This document shows, piece after piece, positions 24,046-35,600 of a DNA stretch of 64,000 nucleotides; position 1 is the first letter of the stretch, and every line of letters starts with the position of its first letter. The stretch comes from Balanoglossus misakiensis (lineage: Eukaryota; Animalia; Hemichordata): positions 4,233,434-4,297,433 of the forward strand of contig CM082593.2 of NCBI GenBank assembly GCA_040954595.2, written 5' to 3'. The position numbers and the translations under genes were made by a program. The notes beneath the pieces are model-generated. The model saw only the letters and a list, made by a program, of their open reading frames with translations. It was not told where the DNA came from and searched no databases.

Positions 24046-25089
24046 AGTGAACCCTATTCATTTGCTATTTAATTTACAACAACATCATAGTGACTCTGCT
24101 ATGGTGACTTTTACAAGGCCTAGGACTCCTGTTTATGCCGTGGCAGAGATGCAACGTTTTGAAGAAAGCCTATTCTCAGACTATTCACCATCACCAGGAC
24201 CTTGCAGCTGTGTATAAAATAATGTCTTGTGTACGCCTGGCCAGATTGAACCTGCTTATAAAGAACTCTCGATTGCTGTTTGTTTTTAACACTTCTGTTC
24301 AACAATAATTTCAGTAACAGTGATTTTTTAACATTGAACGAAACATCCATGGAATCTAAAGAGAAAAAGGTGAAACAAATTTGAGCACATACTAGCAGTA
24401 AGCCTTTGATGCAACATTCTTTCCTGTGATCCAAAACCCACGCCTTCTCCATCTTCGAAGAAACTCAGGAATTCATTTCCAAGATATCCAGTGACATGTG
24501 CTGGGCATTTGTTGTTGTGTTTATTTGTTTGCCATGTAACGACTGAGAAGAATAGTTTAACCCTGAACTCTGCACGCTGATTTACCATAACCCAGGTGAA
24601 TTTAATTGGCATGATCCAAGTTAACAACACCACCATCATAAGTAATTCGCTTTTGGAAACCAAGAGTGCAGCTTTAAGGAATTTATTTTTGTTTGCCCAT
24701 ATCATCACAGCATGTTTTTGATATGCGTCAAATGTTTCAATGTAAATTCAACGTGTATGAAGCAGGTTTATAAAGATATTTTATTGCTGTGAGGATGTTA
24801 ATTTTAGTAATAAAAAAGTGTATGATAATCATAGACTGTTTATTTCATTCATTTCATTTAACGAAATATGCATTTCACAAGCTTATTTTGCTCAATAGAA
24901 ATTGATTACAAAGTCAGTGTCAAGTGTGAATGAAGATCATGCATCCCGGAAACACATACAATCACATACAGAAGGAGTTCTCTGGGTTTAAGTTCGAGTT
25001 TGCAACAAGAGAACAGCATATGTACAGATGAACATGATCTCGAGGAGCTGAGGTCAACCTCAGGTCAACCCACACCAGTGTCTATATCA

Positions 25090-25249
25090 TAGTGACGTCA
25101 CATGCCAAATACCGCAGAATCACTTCCGGGGTTTCAGGTGTTGTCATCGCGTACGCGTCATAGTGAGGAAGTTGGCTGGCACGAACGTGACGATCTAACT
25201 TTAATCTTTCCTCATACCTGCTCTGTTTCCTTTGGGGCCTCTTTTAAAG
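25090..25249 (+). promoter_or_regulatory. Putative promoter and 5' UTR exon of the RASSF-like gene
   Basis: CRE palindrome TGACGTCA (25093), ETS CACTTCCGG (25121), CpG-rich sequence, donor AAG|GTGAGT at 25249 and acceptor TTGCAG| at 25688 just before the ATG. Confidence 0.55.
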
Positions 25250-25690
25250 GTGAGTTTCCACCTTTTTTATAACTTTTTGTGGCCCGTTTACATCAGCGAT
25301 CGTTTATACACGGCGATCACGGCACCGGCTGAATTCTGCATGATCGTTCGAAATGACAAACACGTATGAAATGTGTCTGCCGTACTGCAGTGACCTCGAA
25401 CATGTCGAGGTACAAACACTATGTCACGCTCATCCGCCTATAGATCAGCTCTCTTTACCTTGTTCCCTTAACAATTCCGCTTTTAGTGAATTCGTGAAGG
25501 ACAAAGTATACCCAGTACACACACATTTTACAATCAAGTCGAACTCCATCACCAGCTACTGACCCCAGCAGGGGTCATCTCTAATTTACTTATGTAAATT
25601 AGATTTACTTATGTAAATTAGAGATGAATGTCAGTAGTAATTAAAAAATGTTGAAAGTACTGAGACTGGTCTGAAATTAATCTTGCAGAA

Positions 25691-28600
25691 ATGGCTGCCA
25701 ATGAAAATGGCAAATCTAATGGCCAAGAGAGAGAAGAATCGAATAAACGGAAACAGGAAATTCTGAGACTGTATATAGAAGCAGCTTCAAGGTGAGATTT
25801 TATATTTTTGGTTGCTAGGTAGGGGTTATGCCTGGTGTCTGTGGTGCTTGTATTCGTCCATTTAATTATGAGTTGGTGTGGAGATCTCCTATGACACCAT
25901 CGCAGAATTTGTTCTCAATCATCCATGACTGTTGTCTTTTTTCTAGGATTGATCTGAAATCAAAGGTGAAAGAATACAATCTCCATTATGAAGGAAAATC
26001 TGGAGAAATTGTCGTCAAGGAGGTACCGGTATGTGTGTATTTTATTTAACGTCTGCTTTTGACCTATGGACTTTAGAATATGAACTGGTGTGATTGTTAT
26101 TTTATTATATCACAGTCACTGTGTGGAGTGACTGTGATTATATGTACGTTTTATATACTCTAATAACCTTGACATACAAACATAATAAATGCAAAGTTAT
26201 GTACATGTATGGGTATAACATTACAGCATCGTATCAACTCAAGTATCAAATGAAAAATCTACTATGGATAAGACCCAAGAATTTGAAAACGCATACTTTC
26301 AAAATGAAATTTGGAATGTTCATATTAAGTTATGAGACCAACCATATCAAATAACATACTTACTATAGATAAGACCTAAGGAAATTTGTAGAGAGCTTTA
26401 TGATGAAATTGAGAAGACGTGATGATGTAAACATTGTATGGTGACTATAGGGATCTTCCTTGCCACTAGTCATACTGGCGTACAGAACATTATACAGGTC
26501 TTCATGTTGTGTGGAAAAGACAGTTTGGTAATCCTATTTTGAGCAAAAAGAAATACATCATATCTGACTGTTTTGTCTGGGCAGCATAGTTTGTGGTTAT
26601 CAACACTAACAGATATGATGTCATCAGAGCTGTATAAGATTCACCCTTTAGTGCAACTGAACTTCCAGTGACCCACTTTGTATAATGACGCTGTTTTCCG
26701 TTATCGCGCACAGGAAAAACGGATTGCGGTCATGGAGGGCGTGCTGCGAATATACTGGGGTGTCCGTAAGCCGATCAGCTTGAGGAAAGAACAAGTGCCG
26801 TGGACGCGTCGGCCCGGCAACCTGGCGTTTGAGAACGGATTGGAGAAGAAGCTGATGGAAGTCATGGGCGAGGCCTCCAAGCGGAATCGGCAAGTCGCCA
26901 AGGACACGCAGATCAAGGTCAACGCCAAAGACGAAATGGAGGAAGAGTCGCGGGAAACGGAAGTCGGCAAGGACGGAAAAGACATCGCCAGGATTAAGCA
27001 GGAGAAAGTGACCAACAAGGAATCCGGGGAAGGGACCTTCGACGTGAAGACGGAGAAGGACCTCAGGAAGGAGCAACAGAAACTTCTCGCGGAAAAGAAC
27101 TACAAGAGGGAAAGTGAGGAGGTGGATAAAGAAAAGGGGGCAGTGAAGAAAGAGACTGAGGAGGTGAAAAGCAAGAAAGACGTTGTGGAAGAGACGCAGA
27201 CGTCGGCGTCACCGACGGGCGTCCAAAAACAGTTTCAGAGTAAAAAGAGCACATCTTTCTCGTCCAAATCCACAACCCACACACGTACCAGCCTTAACTC
27301 GTCCAGCAGCGACACCGCAAGGGGCGGTACTGGTAACGTTACGTTCGCGGACATGGGAAATCTACGAGAAACTTTCCACGATATGCCCTTCAGGAGGAGT
27401 TTCATGGATGTCTTTCCGAGGTCTGATTTCTTAAACCGAGGTGATGATTTCCCCGGCCGGGAGTTCAACGATGTGAATATACCTAGGTCTCAGAGCATGC
27501 TTGTCAAGAACAGACCGGCGCTGGGCGATAGACGCCTTCCGAAATCGAAAAGTCTTCGAAGAAGCAGAAAGACGTCATTCAGTGGCCATTTCTACAACCA
27601 GGAGGTGAGAGAAATACATGTACTTGCAATGAACTTTTCTTTTGAAATCTTTGACATATGTTTACAGTGAGTTCAGGGAAACTTTTGATGCCAGTAAACA
27701 GAAATATATTGTTTGAGTTGCTGAAGATATGTGTATGTTTATTTGCAAACTACTTGCAGTTCTACAGTTATGCTTTTATTGCAACACTTGTAACTCAGAA
27801 ATTTTTGAATGATGTGTGTGTTTTTCCCCCAGACTTCCAAGTTTGTTCCACAGCAGGGCAGTGTTACCAGTGTCCGAGTGGACAGCACCATGACCGCGAC
27901 ACAGGTCATCCAGTTGCTTCTCATCAAATTTGCCATCGAGAACAGACCGGGGGATTTTACGCTGTACAAAGTCAAGGACAGTGGTGGTAAGTAGTCTACC
28001 CATCTCAAAACCTTGTGCAGGCTCAATGCGAATACTGCATCATGTGTTTTACACAATTATTAAACTGTAGTTGTTTGTTGTGCTTTAACTTCTCCTCTGC
28101 CTCTGAGGGAGGAGGAACTGTGTGATAGGGTTGGTATTCCAAAAATGATGAGCTCAGGACTCAATATCCCCCCCTAAGGCTCCCCCAATAATTGTGGCCA
28201 GTTTTAAGCAAAATGGAAGCATTGGAAATAGCTGTATGGCATTATTTGAGCCTCACCATATTTGACTTTTCCCCCTTTGAAGTTCTGTAGACTGATCGCA
28301 CGTTGGCTTTCTCGGCAGAAACTTTGCATCTGAAGGAGACTGACTTCCCACTGCTGGAGAGAGTCAACATGGGTCCAAGTGAAGATTACGCCAAGATTTT
28401 TATCATGGAGAAAGCAGCTGCCAAAGATATCACTCATGAGGTAAACGTGTTTCTAATACTAGTGTGTTGTCTCTGATGTTTCGTCCGAGAAACCTGTATC
28501 TAATGTGTGTATGGTGGATTACATCTCGGATGACATTTCTCATTCACATGACATTCCAGGTTGCACAGTATCTGCATGTGGAAAACCCAGTCTTGCTGGC

Positions 28601-28834
28601 AATCCTCGAAAGATTGAAAGAGGAAGAAGAAAGAAAAGTCAAAACTGTGAAACAAAAGTAAGGACACCGCATTGTTGGTTTCCTATCAAAACACACACAG
28701 CCTGAATGGCTGGTTACATTTTCTTTCCTGTCTTTATGTCAAGTTGTCTGACAGATCTTCTTTGATTGTTCCACAGATATGAAAGATACCGTCAGCAAAT
28801 CATGCAGAGAATCGAAGAGATCACAACTGTGTAA
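25691..28834 (+). CDS. Ras association domain-containing protein, RASSF2/4/6-like (RA + SARAH domains, about 499 aa)
   Basis: Exons 25691-25791, 25947-26022, 26714-27604, 27833-27986, 28319-28440, 28560-28657, 28777-28834 (1500 nt). Motifs EGVLRIYWG, SFSGHFYNQETSKFVP..GSVTSVRVDSTMT..VIQLLLIKFAIEN, FPLLERVNMGPSE..AKIFIME and SARAH EVAQYL...LKEEEERKV..KY. A non-coding exon ends at the donor at 25249. Confidence 0.92.
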
Positions 28835-30154
28835 AAAGAAAAATCAACTCACACCAGCATCATGCAATGGCTTTGGAACTGCAATAATCGGACTCAGTAT
28901 AATACGAACTTAGCAAAGTTTGCGTCTGAACACCTGACAAGATGAGTGTTAGGTAACCCTGGTTCTTCAGGCAGTTTCTCACAAATACATGTAAGTACTG
29001 TAAATGTGTCAACTGAAAAACAAAATACTTAAAGGCCCACTTAATGTATTTTCTTGATAAGAATTTCAATGGAGAACCAGGATTGAGAAGGGCCCCTTTA
29101 ATTTAAGCTCACCTTGCCTTACATGTTTAATTACAAGAGTGGTATATTGGGTTAGTTACAGGTTGTGTGTGTCAGTGTGTGTGTATGTGTGTGCATGGAT
29201 GTGGTACACGATCAGGTAATTGGAGTGTCAATTTCTTACTCAGTTGAAATATACCAGAATTCTGATATTTTGTTACGGTCACCTCCAAATCATATTATGC
29301 TGTTTCCCTCATAGCCTGTATTGTAATGTAGATTTTAGAGTGCTACAGTACAAGAAGTGTATTGGCCACAATGACACAACAAGATGTGCCTTATATCTCA
29401 TTGGTTACTATTACTTCAAATTTCATAGTCACTATTTTGATGAGTTCTCGCCATAATTATTTGCACTAGATTAAAAATACTGTGGAATAGTTTACTTTCA
29501 CTGGAATTTATTTTCGCTGAAAATCAGAAAATTTGCCTATTACTGAGATTTTATTTTCACTATTCCTTGTCAAGTCATGTGCAAAGAATAGGAAGTAAGA
29601 ATTTTTACTGGGATTTTATTTTAGCAGAAAAATGAGTCCAGAGAAAATAGTGATGTCTTAGTGAAAATTAAGTATTCTAAAAGGTATTAGTTCTGAGTTT
29701 TTGACAAAAATTTGAATGTTCATAACTAGGACTATCATCAGGACAAAATTACATTTGTTCCCTTTTAAAAGATTTTATGATCTGAATATTTCAAGAGACT
29801 TTCATGCTTGCATGAAAAATATATGTGAATTTTATTAGAACATTTTGACGCACTCTGCATGAAGCAATACTTAGTGAATGGTACATGTAGTTATATTGCC
29901 CAAGTAGCTGTTTTCTTTACATATGTTTCCAAAACTTGCTTAAATGTGCAAAGCCATCTAGATTTTTATTGAATTCTATTTTTCTGGACAAATTTGCTTG
30001 CTTTTTTGAATAAATGCATTACAATGAACATCAACCTGTCTGTCTTATGTGAAAAATGAATACCACAGTGTTTAAATAAGTTCAGAAAATGATCCCCATT
30101 TGATTTTAACGATTGCAGAATAACATAAACGGTGTCTTGTATCAAACATAATCG

Positions 30155-30726
30155 AAAAGTTGGGTGACGTCACGAAAGTTTCCAACACTTGGTGGCGACA
30201 TTTACAATTCCCTAACGACCTCAATCTCTTTGCCCACCAGGTGCGAATCTGTCTGGCAATGTACAAAGGTTTTCTATATATATTTAAATTTTGTGAACAG
30301 ACCTTTTGAATTAGGTCAAAGCCCGGGTCAACGTAAATTGGAGCGTCTACATTGCCAACCTGTTCCAAGACTGTAGAGCCTAATTGACCAATCACAAGCG
30401 CTGTGGACTGTCTGATTCGGTGTGTATATTCTGATTGGTCAGTTACTATCCGCACAGCTGAAACAGGCAGACAGACAACAGCGCTTGTGATTGGTCAATT
30501 AGGCTCTACAGTCTTGGAACAGGTTGGCAATGTAGACGCTCCAATTTACGTTGACCCGGGCTTTGACCTGATTCAAAAGGTCTGTTCACAAAATTTAAAT
30601 ATCTATTGAAAACCTTTGTACATTGCCAGACAGATTCGCACCTGGTAGGCAAAGAGATTGAGGTCCGTTAGGGAATTGTAAATGTCGCCACCAAGAGTTG
30701 GAAACTCGTGACGTCACCCAACTTTT
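30155..30726. repeat. Long inverted repeat (palindrome or foldback/MITE-like): arms of about 260 bp, spacer of about 50 bp
   Basis: Left arm AAAAGTTGGGTGACGTCACG...CAATCACAAGCGCTGT (about 30155-30414) is the reverse complement of the right arm ACAGCGCTTGTGATTG...CGTGACGTCACCCAACTTTT (about 30468-30726), with only a few mismatches or indels. ORFs 30072..30455(-) and 30403..30609(+) share an identical peptide as a result. Confidence 0.93.
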
Positions 30727-32287
30727 TTTAACTGAAGGCCGCCTTTTGAGAAGTTTCATCAATAAATTTACTGTTACGTGTGGACGATTTTTGTTAATCT
30801 TTAGTTTTATGTTTTTCCTGGTGAAAAAATACTCAATTTGTGTACTAATTAAATTTAAAATATTTAAAATGCCTAAAATTCATAATTTATACACAAAACA
30901 ATAACTTAAATATCTGCCAAACGGGAATAAAAACATGGACCAATGATTGATTCTCGTGCCGCATTTGTTTATAAATGTTACAATTCATCCACAAATCCTT
31001 CTTATATGAACGACGCAGCAGACCGTACCATAGACTGGACATGACAGCAACTGAAGATCCTAGTAGATCGTGGCGACTGCAGTGGGGTTTGCGCTGGTAT
31101 GGGAGGACATATTCGCATCAAGGGGGACACCCACGTGGCGCGACGACCCCTTCCCTTTAAATGTCTGTGTGATAGGTACTGTGAATGCACAAGTGTGTAT
31201 GCAGTCTTAGTGAACGAGCAGGAAAATTTTGCAACATACACACCAGATCTACTTTCAAGGGAAAGTTTTAATAAGAAAACCAGGGAACGGTAACACAGGA
31301 ATACAATATTCAAAACACTGTTTTACAGCAATCTTAATATTTAAATTAGCAGATACTTTGAATATTTCACTGCGTTTATGCGGTAAGTACTTGTAAATTA
31401 TGCTAAAACTTTACTACCATATCTGTGAGCCAATACTGGTCATCATTCATAAAACTTTTCTGTTGACCAATACCTAGTCCTGTTTTATGTGAATTAATTA
31501 AATTGACCAATGACTGGCCATGGTTTATACCTGGTACAAATAATCTCTGTTTTCATTTGACCCTGATAACAGAGACTTTGCTGTTAATAATTCAGTGTTA
31601 CGTTTCGCAACAACAATCTTGATGATACTGGAAGATTCTTGAATAAAAAAAATACATCTGCATGCCTGAATAAAGCAAGGTAGCTAGCACTGTCTTGCAA
31701 ACATAAAAAAACATTGCAGTGATCAATTTGCGTAGGCAGACATCTTGGGGAAACACACAACAATACAATACAGCGTTATTACCGAGGGGAAACACCACAT
31801 TTCATTAGCACCCATCCCTTGTGCGAACTTGTCTAAACCGGACAGGGACTGGGGGAATCAACGTCTGGTTTATACAGGTTCTTTTCACATGATGTCCTGC
31901 GTGAAGTTGAGAAAGGCGTATAGGCTTTAGTTAAAATGAAGTAGCACCCATCCCTAGCTGTGAGTTAAGTACATCGAATATTTCATGATGTCTTGGGAAT
32001 TATATACAATTCAGCCATGAAAGATACTTCCAAGATGTAGGATAAAAACTATGCACACACAAGCGAGTATAGAACTCTTCAGTGTAAATTGACTACTTGA
32101 TTGTTCCTTATGAAGACTAACGAGTCGAAAAACTACATTTACTTATTAATAGTATACTATAAATAGATCTTATACTAATTGCAGCTGCTTACTGGACTAC
32201 CGAATGTACATACTATCTAATGTGGTCTAGGACAAGCCAGTCTCAAATCTCGTGAAATATCAGTCATGCCACTAAAACCTTTTTTAA

Positions 32288-32372
32288 CCCTTTCACCACC
32301 ATGGTTAAGTCCATACCCATTGTTTTCTAGGGTTAAGTTGGACCTCTAAAGAGGGAACTGGGGGTGAAAGGG
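32288..32372. mobile_element. 85-bp piggyBac-like MITE (TTAA TSD)
   Basis: TTAA|CCCTTTCACC ... GGTGAAAGGG|TTAA. Related copies at about 44330-44405 and 59043-59122. Confidence 0.75.
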
Positions 32373-32663
32373 TTAAGATCTTTATAAACACCACGGAAGT
32401 TCAAATATTCCCATCTGCATGATAGACACTGATTTGTATTGCTCATCATGCAATATATACATATAATCTGAAAAAAATTGGCAGTCGATCATTAAGTATC
32501 ACTAACTCTATGCGGTGTAGAAAAGTGACATCACATTAGCTAACAAATATCTGAGCGATATTGTCTGCATATAATTTTTGGCATTATCTGATTATCATTA
32601 GATTAGCAAATGTTTTTTTGCTGTGGCAATTAATTAATAGCTGTTATCTCTTAATTAGCGTCT

Positions 32664-35600
32664 TCAGCAACTACCGATCCAAACGACTACATTTCCTTGG
32701 AAGATATCTCCGATTTCACAGCGTAGTTCTTGCGTGGCCGCATCGATTATAACGACGCTAGAGTCAGCTGGTGTTAGCAGGTACTGACCAAATCGTCCAC
32801 TGGAACAGATCACGCGGTTGTTGTCGTTCCACGGCCACTGGTCCGACGCCGTCGCCTGTCCAACACTGGTGACCATTCTAACTTTACTGTCGTGCAAGTT
32901 TACGAACAACACGTCGGCTTTGTCCTTGGAGCTGGCAAAGATGTCGTAGCTGTGTCCGCTCTGACTGGGGTAGAACACAATGTCGCTGACGTGTAGGTTC
33001 GTGTGGACGTCGAACGCGGTCTTGATTTCGCCTGACGTCGACACGCTCTGAACGAACAGGTTGCCCGAGTTGTTGTCGACACTGACTATGTACTTGCCGT
33101 CCGGTGACACGTACGGCTTGCCCATGACAGCTTCGACTTCCGCGATAACCGTGTCCGTCAGATAATCCATGATCAACTGTCTGTCTTTGCCGTCGCCGTC
33201 AATACACTGGATAAGTATACTGCCGCCGTTGGCAACGAAACCAACCGCAGTCGGATAGCAATGGTACCCAGACAGGTCGATCTCGTGCACCTGGGCCATC
33301 GCACTGACATCCAACTTGACCAGGGTCATTTCATTCTTGCGCACATAATACACATATTTGAATTCACCCTGCAGCATCATATCGTCTGGTGGGGTGAACA
33401 GAGCCTGAAAGTGATTTTCATTGGGTTGTGTCTGTAGGGTGTCAAGTTCATTCGCTTGGCTGGCTCTGGCTATCACTTCTGTGGTTCTCACAGCGTTCTC
33501 TCCATCATCTGTATCCCATAGCAACACCCAGACTTCATCTAAGTGTTTGATGTACTTCACATCTACTGGCAAACCACCCACATTAACAACCTGAAATCAC
33601 ATAACATATATTGTTTAGTAACTTAATTGTACAGTCACAACAATAGTAATAGAACACAGTGAACTGTTTGTGTTATGCATCCTTTCTATGAAGAAAATGA
33701 CTCACTGAAGGAAATTAAATAAAACTGTGAATGTGATGTGTAAACCCGTTAAAATCTGAAGTCTTATCTGATCATTGATCATGGACATTGCATCTTTGAA
33801 CAAAATTGAAGATGCATAGGTTTCTAGATGTGTAGCTGGCCAATCTCCCCTCGATCATTACATGCTGCTTATTGCTTTCTTGATATCTGATACAGCTGCT
33901 TGGAATGTGAAACACGTAGAATAAAGGATTACCTTGATGACCTGCTCAGTGATGACATCAACGATGACAATTCTCTTATCTCTCGGTTGTGCTGCATAGA
34001 TGTATTTGCTGTCGACCTGAACAGCTCCACTCCAACTGCAGTTGCGCGTTGGACACAGGACAGTGTCAGTCGAGACGATCGCATCGCTCGCCAGGATACT
34101 TCTACTCAGTTGACACGTCTTTGGATCAAAGACTTTGATGCCAGACTTGTGAAATACAAAGTAGAGATCAAAGGGGCCGTGGTGTCCTTGAAAACAGAGA
34201 AGAGCAGAAAAGTGAATCATTTTTATGCAGAGTTTCTATTATAATTAGTACTTCAGAGTGACTGTGCAGTCTATGTAGTTGTGTAAGACTGCAGTTTAAT
34301 AATGTAATTTTCAGGTCACAGTACAGAAAAATTTAGAGAAAGGATTAGTAGCCATGACGATGGATGACTTACTTGTCCTGTGCTGATCTTCTACAAAGAG
34401 TGTGGATGTAGCTTGTTGTTCCCCGACATCATTGGACGCCAAACATGTGTAAGAACCGCTCTCTGAATAACCTACATTACTTATTTCAATGCCTGTGTTA
34501 TTTGCTGGAAAATAAAACTTAATTTGTTTAATTGAAATTCAAAACTGGGATTGTTTAATCTTGCTTATTATGGAATTTCTGGAGGAAGATTGTTGTTGTT
34601 GTTGTTGTTTCTTCCTGAAGACGCAAAAACAAAAAATTTACTTGGCCTCATTTAATTTTGAACATTGAATCGAGCAGCCTGTATGACAAGTTACTACAGT
34701 AATCATTCACTTACCCCCAAAAATGACATTTTCAGAGGTATCCGTGGTAACAGCGATGCCATTTTTGTTCCATGAGATTTGAGGGGATGGAATTCCAAAT
34801 GTATGGCACTGAATGGAGACTGTTGAATCAGGGGCAGATACTTGACTTTGAGGGCAGACTTCAACCACTGGTGGAACTGTAATGATGGAATATGTACTGT
34901 TAATTTCTGAGACATTTCAATTGGATGAAACAGGTCATATCTCCTTGTACATTAGGCCACAAAATTCTGGATCACCCCTATAAGTACATGTAAGTCTCTT
35001 TTCAGATGAGACTACATGAAAACTTTTTTATGCTACTTGATAAATACCTTTAACTTGTAGTAAGTGAGTTTGTGTAACTGCTTCACTGCGGTCTGAGTGA
35101 CAGGCATACTTCCCAGTATGCAACGTTGTCAAACTATTGAAGTAAAGTGTGCCGTCTGGATTGACCTACAATTGAAAGGGAACAATAGACTCAGTAATTC
35201 TGATGAAAGGGAGGGAAATGCCACTGATATCACTTCAAGTGTCACCACTCACCCTTATACCACTTATAGTGGTTTCACCCAAGTCAACACCATTCCGTTT
35301 CCATGTGATGGCAACATCAGATTCCGTTGTGATGCCACACGTCAGAGATAATTTCTCTCCAAGGAAACTATCAGTTGTCACAAATACTGATTCTTCTGGC
35401 AGTGACACGACTGATATACCTGAAACAAAAATTAATCACTGTTGATGCACGTCATGTACTATATTACATCTACTGTTACCCGAACACTAGAAAAGACATG
35501 TATACCTCATTTTCTAGAGATGAAAAAAAAACAAATCTACTTTTGATAGATAAATGGTAGGTAAGCTTACCAAAAGCTGCATAGAATTCATCAATGTCAA

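Noticed and set aside
30072-30609. Two opposite-strand ORFs sharing the peptide TALVIGQLGSTVLEQVGNVDAPIYVDPGFDLIQKVCSQNLNIY
   Set aside because: This is a by-product of the inverted repeat. There is no splice or start context and no recognisable domain.
31050-31160. HDV-like ribozyme suggested by the TCCTCCC motif on the minus strand
   Set aside because: I could not build the nested double pseudoknot. The segment ends in a TTAA transposon-like terminus.
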